Positions 26,309 to 39,545 of a stretch of 64,000 nt of DNA are shown piece after piece. Made by a program: the position numbers and the translations under genes. Position 1 is the stretch's first letter. Each line of letters starts with the position of its first letter. The stretch comes from Squalus acanthias (lineage: Eukaryota), in contig CM059430.1 of NCBI GenBank assembly GCA_030390025.1, positions 52,018,001 through 52,082,000 on the forward strand, read 5' to 3'. The notes under the pieces are model-generated. The model searched no databases, was not told the origin of the DNA, and saw only the letters and a program-made list of their open reading frames with translations.

Positions 26309-26586
26309 ATGCACAAGGATAGCCACTTGGGTGTTTTAATAACTGTTTGTATGAAGTTTCCGTTAATGTGATGTCACAGGTAAAAATATTTATTTTCACT
26401 ACTTTTCGGTTATGGCCAACTTTGGAAGTGAATTGGAGTGAATGGTGAGACATAACGGTACCTCCAGCAATGGTGGTCAGTGTGAAAGGAATGGCCTGGT
26501 CATTGTAGGGATGCTTTATGGTGTTGCTGTGGGGTGTTGGGAACCTGGCACAGCATGTGGCAGCCATATGGGTGGAATGCCTGAAG

Positions 26587-26996
26587 TTAAGTAAATCTGG
26601 CCATGATGAGGCCATCCCTGGCCTCCCGGGCAGCAATGTGCTCGGGTGCTGGTGGGATCTGGACTGCAGGTTCCTCCTGCTCCTCCTCTGAAGAGGCTGT
26701 GCGCTCAGTGCCTTGCTCCTCATGTAGCGCTAATCCTCGCTGCTGCGCTATGTTGTGCATGGCACAGCAGACCACAACAATTTTGGAGACCCTGGCTGGT
26801 GCGTATTGAAGGGCTCCTCCAGATCTGTCAAGGCATCTGAAGCGCATTTTCAGCATGCCTATTGTCTGCTCTATGACACATCTGATGGTGATATGGCTTT
26901 CATTATATCTCTCCTAGGCCTCAGTACTTGGCCTCCTCAAGGGTGTCATGAGCCATGTTTGCAGTGGATACTTGTCTCCAAGGAGCCAGCTGGAAA
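26587..26996 (-). pseudogene. Harbinger transposase C-terminal part
   Basis: WLLGDK..YPLQTWLMTP and LKMRFRCLDRSGGALQYAP..VVVCCAMHNIA, matching the HARBI1-family DDE C-terminus. Confidence 0.9.
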
Positions 26997-29519
26997 GTCA
27001 TAGAGTCATAACAGCACAGAAGGAGGCTATTCGGCCCATGGAGTCGGCGCCGGCTCTATGCAGAGCAATCCAGTCAGTCCCATTCTCCCGCTTTATCCTT
27101 GTAGCCCTGCAAGCCCATTCTGCTAGCCTTTCTATGTCCTGTTGCAGTCGATTGATATCATCACTGTTTGCCACACCCCCAAGTTTGGTGTCATCGGCAA
27201 ATTTAGAAATTCTACTCTGTATTCCAATATCCAGGTCATTTATATATATCAAAAAAAGCAGTGGCCCCAGCACTGACCCTTGGGGAACACCATCCTCCAG
27301 TCTGAAAAATAGCCATTTACCACAACTCGCTGTTTTCTGTCCTTAAGCCAATTCCTTATCCAAGCAGCCACTGATCCTCCTATTCCATGAGCCTCAATTT
27401 TGTTAACCAGCCTTCTATGTGGTACTTTGTCAAATGCTTTCCTAAAATCCATGTAGCCAACATCCATTGCATTCCCTTCATCAATCCTCCCTGTCACTTC
27501 ATCAAAAAATTCAATTAGATTAGTCAAACACGATCTGTCTTTTACAAATCCGTGTTGGCTTTCCTTAATTAGCTTAAACCTCTCCCAAGTGCCCGTTAAT
27601 TTTTCCTTGATTATTGTTTCTAAAACTTTACCCACCACTGATGTTAAACTGATCGGCCTGTAGTTACTAGGATTGTCCTTACACCCTTTCTTGAACAATG
27701 GTATCACATTTACCAGTTTCCAATCCTCAGGCACTTCCCCCGCATCTAGGGAAGATTGGAAAATTATGGCAAGCCCTTCCGCTATCTCCTCCCCCAATTC
27801 CCTTAGCAACCTGGGATGCAAGCCATCTGGACCAGGCAACTTATCCACTCTAAGCATACCCAGCCTTTCTAGTACATCCTGTCTATCAATTTTCACCTCT
27901 TCCATTGCTTCTACCTTTTCCACCTCTACCAATATTTTGTCAGCATCCACCTCCTTAATAATTGAGTATTCTAGACTTGCCCTGCGCCTCTAAGCATATA
28001 TCACCTTCTTTGTCCCTAATAGGCCCCACCCCGCCTCTTACTACCCGCTTACTGTTTACATGCCGGTAGAAGATTTTTGGGTTCCCTTTTATGTTAACCA
28101 CCATTCTACTTTCATATTCTCTCTTTGCCAATCTTATTTTTATCTTCACTTCCCCTCTCAACTTATTGTATTTGGTCTGGTTCTCCCTTGAAGAATTCAC
28201 CTGACATTCATCATACACCATCTTTTTTTGTTTCATCATCTTCTCTATCTCCCTCGTCATCCAAGGAGCCCTTGCTTTGGTTCCCTTACCCTTCCCTCTT
28301 GTTGGAATGTACCTAGCATGTGCTTGGAACATCTCCTCCTTAAAGATCACCCATTGTTCCGTTACAGTTTTTCCTGTCAGTCCTTTGGTTCCATTTTATC
28401 CTGGCTAGATCCTTTCACATCCCATTGAAGTTAGCCCTATTCCAGTTTAGAAGTTCCACTCTAGATTGTTCCTTGCTCCTCTCCATTGCTAATCTAAGTC
28501 TTATGATACGATGATCACTTGTACCCAAGTGTTCTCCCACAGACACTTGGTCGACCTGGCCCACCTCATTCCCCAGCACCAGATCCAGCAATGCCTCCTT
28601 CCTAGTTGGGCCAAGAACATACTGGTCAAAGAAATTCTCCTGAACACATTTCAGAAATTCCTCCCCCTCCTTTCCCTTTACCCTAGCATTATCCCAATCG
28701 ATATTTGGGTAATTAAAGTCTGCCAATCTCACCACTCTATAGCTCTTGCATATCTCTGTGATTTTCCTGCAGATTTGCTCCTCTACCTCTCTCTCATTAT
28801 TTGGAGGCCTGTAGAATACCCCCAATAGCGTGATCATACTCTTTTTGCTCCTCAACTCGAATCAAATGGATTCTGTCCTTGTCCCCTCAAGAACATCCTC
28901 CCTTTCCAACACTACAATGTCTTCCTTAATCAGCACTGCCAACCCACCTCCCTTTTTCCCTTCCCTATCTTTTCTGAACACCTTGTATCCTTGAATATTA
29001 GGTGCCCAGTCCTCACCGTTTTTAAGCCACGTTTCAGTTATTGCCGCAACATCATATTGCCACACGGCTAATTGTGCTTGTAGCTCACCAACCTTATTCA
29101 CCACACTTTGTGCGTTTACGTACATGCATTCTAAACCCATTTTTGAATTTTTTTTTGTTTTTCTTAGTCTGCTCCTATCTAATATCGCACTACTTCCGCC
29201 TCTAGTACTACTTTCTTCTCTAGTGCTATCCAACACACTCACTCTTTTATGCACCTTGTTCCTCTTTTCTACTCCTATATGCTGGCGCCCATCCCCCTGC
29301 CAAGCTAGTTTAAACCCTCCCCAACAGCACTAGCAAACCTCCCCATGAGAATATTGGTCCCGGCTCTGTTGAGGTGTAACCCGTCCGGCTTGTACAGGTC
29401 CCACCTTCCCCAGAAATGGTCCCAATGCCTCAGGAATCTAAAGCCCTCCCTCCTGCACCATTTCTCCAGCCACGTATTCATCTGTTCTATCCTCCTATTC
29501 CTGTACTCACTAGCACGTA
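26997..29519 (-). mobile_element. CR1 LINE (ORF1 SGNH-esterase end, ORF2 APE and RT), 5'-truncated and internally deleted
   Basis: [11 protein letters not shown] (ORF1); YVNAQS, ITETWL, GVFYRPP, SDH (APE); NYRPISLTS, DFRKAFDKV, FADD (RT); tatgactc tail at ~27000. Confidence 0.93.
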
Positions 29520-30280
29520 GTCTGTTTGGAGGAGCGAAGAGCTGAGCGATGGTGGACTGGCGCAGAGCGAAAGAGTTATGGCAGCTGTCAGGGAATTTGG
29601 CGCACACATGCATGATGATCTTCCTATGGTTGGAGATGAGCTGCACATTGAGGGAGTGGAAGCCCTTGTGGTTGACAAAGACTCCTGGGTGATGTGGGGG
29701 TGTCCCGATGGCCATGTGTGCAGTTGATGATGCCCTGCACCCGTGGGAAGCCAGCCAGAGCGGCAAAGACGAGCGCCCGCTCAGTAACACTTGCTTCATC
29801 AGTGACAAAGTTGATATAATTGGCTGACTTGTCAAAGAGGGCATCAGTGACCTGTGTGATGCATCTGTGGGTGGCCGACTGCGAGATTCCGCAAATGTCT
29901 GCTGCAGATCCCTGGAAGGAGCCTGAGGTGAAGAAGTTGAGGGCGGTGGTGACTTTGACAGCCACTAGTAAGGCGTGTTCGCCTGTTCCTCTGGGCTGCA
30001 GGTCCTCCTCCAGCAATCTGCAAATGTCTGCGATGACCTGGCGCGATAGCCTGAGCCTCCTTTGGCACTGCTGCTCAGTCATGTTGAGGAAGCTCATCCT
30101 CTGCCTGTATACCCTGTGTTGGGGGTATCACGGTGCAGCCCTGCGCTGATGCCCTCTGTCCTGTGCAGCTTCAGGTGGTTGAGGAGAAGGTTGGTGGTGT
30201 TGTTGTTGGTGCTGCTGGTGTTGGGGCTCATCATGGTCCGATTCCGAGGACCAAGGTGAGGTAGTATAAGCGGCACCCAT
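29520..30280 (-). pseudogene. Harbinger transposase N-terminal/catalytic part
   Basis: [59 protein letters not shown]; frameshifted, with catalytic-region D>N changes. Confidence 0.9.
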
Positions 30281-30817
30281 GCTTATGTAATAGATGGCAG
30301 GTCAAGTAGAGATGACAGAAGCAATGTGTCAATGGTATGATAGGTTGTACCAATGAGGTGACAGTGGATCCCGAATTTGCTGAAAAGACTTGCAATTTCT
30401 AGTAAGCTAAATCTGTGCGACAATGCACTCAGCAACAGCATCTGCCTTAGGAAAGTAACCAGGTGTCAGGTGGGAGTATTTATTGTGCTTTCCATGCTGT
30501 GCACTAATGAGTTCCATCAATGGCCACTGAGCTTCTACCTCAGGTTGACAGACGTGGTTCCCGAGTTGCGTGATTCCCGTGGTCATCCAGGGAAATTTGA
30601 AAGGTAGGATGAAAAAGACTCTTAAGGGTCTGACAAGTACCTAATAATCATTTGAATTAGCTCAGCCGCCTCTGCCGTTCGGGTCACTGCCCCACTGTCA
30701 AACGCGCCCGAGGGAAAGGCGCATGGGGGCGGGTTCCATACTCGCTCCAAGTTATTTCAAATTTCCCTCCCAATCCGCCGCCAATCCCGCCCGCACAGAT
30801 GCCAGAAAATTCCAGCC

Positions 30818-30888
30818 GTTAACTCTGTTTCTCTCTCCCCAGATGCTGCCTGACCTGCTCAGTGTTTCCAGCATTTTCTGTTTTTACG
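30818..30888 (+). mobile_element. Penelope pseudo-LTR 3' fragment
   Basis: gttaactctgtttctctctc..agatgctgcctgacctgct matches the reverse complement of 58780-58842. Confidence 0.7.
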
Positions 30889-32624
30889 TTATTCTTTATG
30901 TTCTGATTGTAAAAACCATTTAACAGGCTGGCTGATTTGTCTTGATACCAAGCAATGTAAAGGTGAAAAGTTTAGCGACACATGCAAATGATGTTTGTGT
31001 TTAGCATCACTTTAAGTTTGTAAGAAAAGTCTGGGGAAAGGAGCTGGAGAGATCAATAGGGGATGCTGATAGATGTGTGAAGACAAGCACACAATAATGC
31101 TGGCAGAAATGGACGATTAAAATTAATCCAATTAAAGATAGTCCATAGGGTGTACATGACATTGGTGGGTCTGATGGGTGAAGGTAGATGCTGAAGTGCA
31201 GAGACCTGGAAACTGACAACAGGTCTTGTGCTAGGTTGTCCAATTTTAAAGGCTTTACAAAGGGGTGGTGGAGACAGAGTTCTGGCTGGTATTTAATCCA
31301 TTTGCAGTGCTCCCAGGGATGTGGCTTGAATGAACAGATTTTGTCAACAATGCAAAACATATAATTGTGCTCCTGATCCAGTTGGATCGCGCAGCAAGTC
31401 TGGCAGAGTTAAACGCTGCCAAGTACTCTTCCCAGACGGTGCCTGGTAGGCAACAATGAATGATTGTATCTATGAATGCAGTACACCTGGAAAGAATTGC
31501 TCTCCAACAACATTTGGTGAGACTGAATATCTACAACATTGGCAATAAACCAGGACATCTTGAGGGGAGAAACATAGTTTAAGAGAATACAAATCTAAAG
31601 GTTCAGAAATAGTGAAAGTACGCCTTATTGTTCAATAAGAATGTTTGTGTTGTGTGGGGGGGGGAAATAGGAAAGTTTATATAGATTGATTGGAAAGGTT
31701 TTATTGAATTATATTTTATTAATAGTTACCATTAAAATAGACACATGGATTATGCCTTGTAATACAAAGACATTAACACACGAAAATGACGTGCAGGAAA
31801 AAAACAGCTGGTCCATCGAGCTTGCCCCACACTCATGATACCTGGAGCATCTCGACTAGACACCTCCCCCAGTAGCCATGTAATCTCCTGGGAGAGGCCA
31901 AAAGAGAGAAAAATCCAGGGCTAATAAGGGGAAAAAATATACTGGAAAATTCCTCTCCAACCCCCTCAGGCAATTGAAAGCAGTCCAGGAGCTCACAGGG
32001 ATATACATTTTATATATGCAACCCGCCACTCCCCGTGTCAGTTCAAATGATTACATGAGTAAGGCAGGTAATCATCAGCAATAAAGAACAAAACCACAAT
32101 CATCAATGTGAGACATGGAGAAGGTTAAAGGCTTTACCCAAGCAAATACACTGATTAATTTTGTGACAGACCTGAGTCACTGCCAAAGTAAAGCAATAAC
32201 ATCACCTTTAAATTCATGGTATCCAAACCTCAGCTCTACTGAGCACTTCATTCATACTTTGGAAAGCACAAAGCAATAACTCACTCCTGTGTAATTATTA
32301 CTTCTGCACACATGCGTCTGCAGGAGGTGTCTGCAACGCACTGAGGTGTCAACTTTTCCAACCGTACAAGTCTATTTTAAGATTTGAACAGAATCCTTTG
32401 AGGCAGGGAGGTCTTCTTTCAGTTCCACACAACTGGGAGACATTTTATTTCAATGATTTCACAGGGACATTAGTAAAGAAAGTTAAACAAGAACAGGAAT
32501 CTTTCCCATTCCTATCTGGAATCCTTAAGAATGGTGCGGTGGACATTTTTAAAAGATCCTGCAGACTGCACTCAACACTCAGAAGTTGTAGCAGGCAGTT
32601 GGTTCAGTTCCACAGTAATTCAAC

Positions 32625-33320
32625 AATCACTTGCATTTATATAGCGCCTTGAATGTAAAACTGTCACAAGGAGCTTCGCAAATGGAAACAGACATGGAAA
32701 GAGATGCCGAGCCATTGAGGGGTGGGGACCAAAAGTTTGGTTTTAAATGAGGTTTTTAAAAGGAGGAGAGAAGTGGACAGTCAGTGGAGTTTAGGCAGGG
32801 AGTTTCGGAGAGTAGGGCGGAGGTGGCTGAAGGCCCTGCCACCCGGGGTGAGGTGTAGAGTGGGGTCAAATGCAAAAGAACAGAGTCATAAGACTGAAGA
32901 GTGCTGAGAGAGGAAGTGCGAGAACGTTGCAGAGATAGGGTGGGGCAAGGCCATAGTGGATTTGAAGACAAGAAAAGATCATTTAATATGCCTGGGGACA
33001 GGAGTCCAGTGTAGGTCAGCGAAGACAGGAGTGATGCATATGTGGGACTTTGTACAGAACAGGAGAAGGTGGCTGCATTTTGGACAAGTTGGAGTTTGGG
33101 GGTGGGGCTGGGAGGCTGGTAAGGTGGACATTGGAATAAATAGAGTCTGGAGGTACCAAAACCATGGATAAAGGTTTCAGGGGTGATGAGGCTGAAGTAG
33201 GAGTGGAGGTGGACAATGTTGCATAAGTGGAAACGTGTGGGCTTGGTAATGATTAGGATATAGGGTTTGAAGCTCAGCTCTGGGTCAAACAAGATGCCAA
33301 GGTCTCGCACAGTTCAGCCT
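32625..33320 (-). mobile_element. L2 LINE 3' fragment
   Basis: ORF RDLGILFDPELSFKPYI...FHLCNI...KLQLVQNAA is typical of the L2 ORF2 C-terminus. Confidence 0.75.
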
Positions 33321-34252
33321 GAGTGAGTGGCTTTTTAATTTTATTTTATTAAGTTATTACTCTTGGCCCTCCCTCCATTTCATCCCTTTCTCAGTCTTCC
33401 TGTCTCTTCCATGACTTCTAGCTGCAAGGCTGCAATTTCCTCTATTGACTCCCTTTTAAATACTCTTTGTCATCTGATAGCACGGTTTATAGATTTTCCA
33501 AATGCACTCCCTAGTGGGTTAGTTAAAGAGAGCCCAACTAGATAGCTCACTAAAATCTGCCCCAAGCAATCCAGGATGGGATGGCAAAATACATTAAAAG
33601 CAATAACGATATAAAGCCATTCAACAGGCTCCATCATTTATGTCCTTTGCTGAACCCTAACATAAAAGAGTTTCAATCTCGCTTAGCTTAAGAGCCAAGT
33701 TCCTATCCCTCCAGTACCTAATGAATCGGGAATCTGCACATTTCCTTTTTGAATGCATTTGATAAATTTCACAATGAATGTGAAGTCACTTCCCAGGTTA
33801 CATTTACGAGCTGAGAAAATCATGGGCTAGAAATTGCCCCCCTCAGCACCACACCACAGCGCCATTAAATGGCGCTAAAACACCAGCCACCACTCTTTTG
33901 CAAGCTGGTGGCGGGTCCCACAGCGGTCGCCGTTTTCGTGCTTACCTTTGCACTGCCGGTAACTGGCAGCGCCAGGCTGGAAAAAATGGCGGTGTGGTGA
34001 TGTCAATCGGCGTGCTGAGTCCTAAGCACACCAGGTTAACCTGGCATGCAAGCAGGCTGACAGTGGCGGTGTCAGCACCTCTTAAAGGGACACACATCTT
34101 TCAGGTAAGTTTGTATTTAAGCTTTTGGAGTTTTTTTTTTATTTCATTGAAGTAGTGGCTTGCTGAAATAGATGATAAAAGTTTTTTTTAAATGTGTAGG
34201 GAGTGCTGTTGGACACTTGCAAGGACTTGGATGGTAAATGAAGGCCTTTGAG

Positions 34253-34397
34253 AAAACAGAAAATGCTGCAAATACTCAGCAGGTGAGGCAACATCCGTGG
34301 AGAGAGAAACAGAGTTCACGTCTCAGGTCGAGATGCTGTCTGACCAGCTGAGTATTTCCAGCATTTTATGCTGTCATTTCAGATTTACAGCATCTGC
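34253..34397. mobile_element. Penelope-derived inverted pseudo-LTR mini-insertion
   Basis: aaaatgctgcaaatactcagc ... gctgagtatttccagcatttt inverted arms; same family as 58775-58920. Confidence 0.7.
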
Positions 34398-35355
34398 TCG
34401 CAGAGGGAAGAGGAAGACACAGAAGAGGAGGAAGCCGAAGAGGAGGAAGCAGACAGAAGGATGCATCACAGACAGCCCCTTTGTGGCCGGGAAATGTGTG
34501 ACGGAATCATCCACCTGCAGTCCCAGTGACCACAACCCCAATTCACCTTTCAACATTAGTCCCACAACTTACCTTCCATCTGTTACTGACCATCACAATG
34601 TCCTCTTGGCCATGATGCTGAAATAAAAGCCACCACAAAGCAAACTTTCCAATCCAGCTATATACGTCTATCCATCCAATGTGACATCAGGAAATCAACT
34701 CATCATATGCATTTTTTTTTTAGTAACTGTCTTGTGTGTGCGCCTTTGCCTATCCTAGTGATGTCACGCAGTGCTACCCCAGTGGCTGCAGCTTGGCTGA
34801 TGGAAGGCTGCTGACTTTCAGTGGGGGACACTTCAAATGGCCTTGCTGGTTGACCTTGAGGAGCTGGCGGCTGGGAGTGTCAAATCCACCTCCTCCTTGT
34901 TCTTCTTCACTCTCCTCGCCCTCTTCTTGGTCACCCACTGGCTGGGCAGGCTGCATTTCTTGGGTGTGAAATGAGGAAGGCACAAGGATGGAGTTGTGGT
35001 GATGGAAGGGCGGGAAAGCATGAGGTGCCTGCCAGAAGGAGGATAACGTATGAGGATACCGGCATCTTTTATCCTTTCAGCCCCACCGCTGGCCAAGGGC
35101 TCAGCCATGCCCCTGCCAAGAATGGCCAGTACCGTCTCCCCCAAGGGGGTGAGGTGAGACTAGGAATGGGAGGTGTGCCTTGTGATTGGTGCAAATTGTT
35201 GGTAGGTGAGTGATTGTGGGTGGGGGTGTGCATTGAGCAGTGTGTGAGGCTAGTTGGTGCAGTTGGTAGGAGATGGCTTTTGAAAATGCATTCACTGACC
35301 TTGACCAGTGGTCTGAGGTCATGAAGCTTCTTTGGCCACTGGAGCCAGGTGGCGG

Positions 35356-36227
35356 TGTAGGATCCATTCCTCCCCCACAACGGTAAAAATTGGACTATGA
35401 AATATAAAAACCCAGAACTGCAGAGCCAGCAAAAAGGGCTCGGCAATAAAGGGTTAATTCAAACATTGCAGCCGAAACTACGACTGGATCACAGACAATC
35501 TAAAATACGAATGCTTCTGAACAAGAACATTCGCATATTCATTTACCTTAAGGGGTTACATTGTCCACCTTAGACCATGGCCCCCGAATAACTAGTTTCA
35601 GTGCAGGCCTAGACAATGGGCCGGGCCTCGAACCTTTTGAATACGGGAGGGTTGCATTGTCAGAAAGATCTCTCAAATCAATGGACAATTCACACATTTT
35701 GAAATGAATCGTACGCTCAGAAGGGGGCCAGGAAATACTGCATGTTGATTTTGGTTTAAAGTAAGATCACTTCGAAGACAGTGGTGGGGGAAGCCGACGG
35801 CAGAACAGCGAACAGAAAGATTCGGGCCTACAATCAACTCCAAGAGACAGCCAATCGGGAGTGGTGATTGTATGTTTCAGCCAAATCATAGAGGGGGCTT
35901 TTGTGATTGAGTCTGAGTAAGTTTGAGAGTTTCAGTCAGATCACAATAAGGGTTTTGTGATTGAGTCTGGGTAACTTTATATGTAACAGTCAAATCGCGG
36001 ACGGATTTAACTGTGTCATATTGTGTCGATGCAAATGACCCTTGCATAGGGGTTTGTATTTTGGGGTTGTTAGCCTGATATAAATCGTAGGGATTTATAC
36101 TAGGGAAGTAATTGTGTGTGTATGTTCAATAAATGAATGAATCAAAGGTTGAGCCAAAACCCTGTGCCGGCCTGACGTCCAAGAACTGTGTGTAAAGGGG
36201 GACCAGTATCGGAGAAAACCCCTTACA
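35356..36227 (+). mobile_element. Solo LTR, 872 bp
   Basis: TGTAGG...CCTTACA termini; 4-bp TSD GCGG / GTGG; TATAAA at 36079 and AATAAA at 36128; removing it rejoins the Myb motif. Confidence 0.8.
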
Positions 36228-37599
36228 GTGGGGGTGATACTGCTGGCAATGACCGCCTCGGTGATGTGATCCCACATTGTTCTTTTTGGAGGGCTTCCTG
36301 GCCCCTGTGGGTAGAGGGCCTGTCTTACAGTGTTGACCCCCTGCACAAAGCTGGAGTGCTGTGTGCAAGACCCTGGCTTGCTGAGCCATTTTCCCCATTT
36401 TTTGAGGTTAGGAAGGGAATTCAGCTTTAAGAGCTGAATATTCACATTTGGGACTTTTTTATAATGTTAATTTTTTTTTAAGGCAGAAAGGGCTGAAAAT
36501 TGCATTGTTTCACTTCATTTTAATTTGTATTGCTTCAGTGTGCATGGCCCCTTTAATTCTCAGACCTCTTCATTGCCCACAATTCCTTGCGAGCTCCACA
36601 GCCTCTCTTCGAGAGACTGTGGGAAGCCGCAAAGCCGCACCTGCACACAAACTTTGCCTCGGATGCCTCCAGCAACGCCACCAGGACGGTGTTGCATGGC
36701 AGGTAAGCGGTGCACCAACAATCTCCGTTCCCCCCCCCCCCCAGACGAATTTTGCCCAGTTAGCATTGCGGCCATTTTCAGCGGCCGTTAACTACAGTTT
36801 CCAGTGACACCAGCAAGTTTCCTGGCTAAAACGAATTTCTCCCCCCCATGTGTTTTAAGCTTTAGACTGGTAATTCCATGCAGAGCACCTGGACATTAAT
36901 TCAGATTTAGCCCAAAAGGTTTTATGCTTCAAATGCTGGAGTTTTTCACCAAATGGTTGGGGGGGGGGGAGGGGGGAGGGAAAAATAGGCTCGGAATTTC
37001 CTCGGAGCTGCTCCTGCTCCACCATTGTAACTTCACCGGCTGTGCGACAGAACTCCTGTTTAACCGTGTAAACGGGACTTACGCTGCACCTCCAGCGAAG
37101 TTACAATGTCGGAGCGGGAGCTGCTCTGAGGATATTCCCCGCCATATTGATGATTTTGTTTTTCCCTCTCCAAAGTTAATAAGGAATTGCCACAGTAGCT
37201 GCTCACTGTGCAAGAAAACTAATAAGGGTGGTCACAGGTCGAAGTGTTGGATATGTGGACAGCCCTCACAAGAGCACTTTCAAGAGCAAGTTACCGTTAC
37301 GAAGTCGTGCAGCCGTGCAAAGTGAATACCATTACAGAACTATCTGGCACGGTCAAGTGGAACAAGAGCTTTTAAATGTAGACTAATGTTTAGGTCTTGC
37401 TTGTGGCTTTCGGAGAAAGGAACTCATTACTAAGCTGCCAGTAAAATTCCAGATCAATATTTATATTTTAAAGCTGTCTTCAATAAGTTCAGGTTCCTCA
37501 TTCGTGCCAAACTGAGATTTTGCTCGACACAACTCTTAATGACAGGGGTGTAGGCAGCAAATTTAGAAAGATAAATCGGACTATTTTCTTAATAGCGAG

Positions 37600-38150
37600 A
37601 GACTGGGAACTGTGAAGGAGCAAAGGGATTTGAGTGAGCAAGTACACTAATCACTAAACGTGAGTGCACAGCTACAAAAAGTTATCAGAAAGGCTAAGGG
37701 AGTGTTGGCCTTAATCTCAAGGGGGCTGGAATACAACATTAAGTGTACTGCGTTCAGTTTTGGGCTCCGCACCTCAGGAAGGATATATTGGCCTTGGAGG
37801 GGGTGCAGCCCAGATTCACCAGAAAAATTATGAGGACAGTTTGCATAAACTTGGTTTGTAGTCCTCGAGTTTAGATGGTCGAAGGGTGATCTAGTCAAGG
37901 TGGTTACAATGATAAAGGATTAACTAGGGTTGATACAGAGTAACACTTTCCTCTGGTGGGAGAGTGCAGAACAAAGAGGCACAGTGTTAAAATTAGTGCT
38001 AGGCCATTCAGGAGTGAAATCAGGAAGCACTTTTGTGTACAAAAGGTAGTGGAAACCTAGAACTCTCTCCCCAAAAGGCTGTGGATGCTGGGTGAATTGG
38101 AACTTTCAAGACCAAGGTCGATATATTTCTGTTGGGTAAGGGTAACAAGA
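37600..38150 (+). mobile_element. Old CR1 3' fragment
   Basis: Degenerate YCVQFWAP and ..WNSLP-type sequence. Confidence 0.7.
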
Positions 38151-39325
38151 GATACAACTCAGTGACTTATTAGGCCTCTTCAAAGGACAGTTAAGGGCCA
38201 ACCACATTGGTGTGGAACTGGAGAGACACATAAGCCAAACCAGGTAAGGACAGCAGGTTTCCTTCTCTAAAGGAGATTAGTGAACCAATTGAGTTTTTAC
38301 GACAATCCGAGAGTTTCAGGATCACTTTTACTGATACCAGCTTTTTAACATTTTTTAAACCGAATTCAAATTCTCAAATTGCCACGGTGGGATTTGAACT
38401 TATGGGCTCTGATGTTTATGGGGAGGCAGGGAGGGGATTGGGGGGAGATGGGGGAGAGGCCATAGCGGCCGGAAAACAAGGAAATGCGAGTATCCCGGAG
38501 GTCCTGCCACAATGAATGGCTGGGCCTCATTTAAATGTTTTGTCTCCGTTTCCCGAGATTGAGAGGTTGGCTGACTGTCAGGTGGAAAGGCCTGTGCCAC
38601 AAGGCTGCAGCCGGGGAGTGGGCAGGAGGGAGGGAGGGAGGAAGAGATCGTGGGTCGGGGTGGGGACAGATCGTGGAGAGCTGAGGGGAAGATCATGGAG
38701 GACATTGGGGGGGGCGAAAATCGGATCACAGGGAGGGGGTTCCGATCGCACAGGAGGCGGTCTGATCACGGGGAGGGAAGCTGGTTTGCTTGGGGGGGGG
38801 CCGGGGGGAAGCCCTCCTTCTCCTCATGGCCCACAAGCAGTGCTGGAAAGGCACTTGCCTGCTGGATCCAGCAATTCTCACCTCCTTTCAGCAGCCAGGT
38901 GTCCCAAGCCCCGGGAAACCCAGCCCGCAGCAGTTCGGTCTAAAACAGTGGTTAAATTTGAGGCACACAGCCTTATTAGAATATTTCAATGACGGACCTG
39001 CCTCTGGAGAACAGGTTAGTCGCTCGCCCGCCCCCCAACCCGCCTCCGTTAAAATCAGAAGTGGGCGGGTTGGGGTCCCGCAAAAAATAAACACTAATCA
39101 GAAATGAATATTTCAAATAAAACAGATTACTGTACATAATAATTCAACTTTGGAGTTGTGCTTGAACTTCACATGAAGGAAGGAAGTTAGTCAGGGTGAA
39201 ATTAGATTTGGGTGGTAGTGCCAAACGGGTGAGAACGTAGCGGCCGGCCTTTTATACTGCGCCCAATTTCCTTTTCCAATGAAGTCAATTCCTTTGAATT
39301 TCACCCCCAGTGCCTTGTAACTACC

Positions 39326-39545
39326 CAGTGTCCTGGCCAACATTTATCCCTCAACCAACATCACTAAAACAATTTATCTGGTCATTATCCCATTGCTTTT
39401 TGTGGGAGCTTGCTGTGCGCAGATTGGCTGCTGCGTTTCCTACGTTACAACAGTGACTACACTTCAAAATTACTTCATTGGCTGTAAAGCGCTTTGGGAG
39501 ATGCTGAGGTCATGAAAGGCGCTATATAAATGCAAGTCTTTCTTG
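39326..39545 (+). mobile_element. SacSINE1-like SINE, 3' part
   Basis: Matches 14690-14890. Confidence 0.78.

Larger units (their letters stand above)
24740..30817. mobile_element. Autonomous-type Harbinger transposon (convergent Myb/SANT gene and DDE transposase), inactivated by a CR1 insertion
   Basis: Transposase on minus, Myb-like gene on plus; right TIR-like end agaaaattccagcc at 30817; left end not resolved. Confidence 0.85.
33824..36846. mobile_element. Deleted Harbinger derivative with a Myb/SANT gene remnant (minus) and nested solo LTR and Penelope pieces
   Basis: Termini gggctagaaatt / aatttctccccc; minus-strand RQALYPQG...WDHITEAVIASSITP [LTR] TWLQWPKKLHDL..VK|gtcagt; next exon ETVLAILG. 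Confidence 0.7.

Noticed and set aside
29305-29844. 179-aa ORF fusing Harbinger DDE sequence to an SGNH esterase-like segment
   Set aside because: Chance in-frame junction at the 5' truncation point of the CR1 inserted in the transposase; both parts are partial and the upstream frame is shifted.
38400-39107. GC-rich overlapping ORFs of 60-158 aa
   Set aside because: Low-complexity G-rich interior of a probable non-autonomous transposon; no domain similarity.
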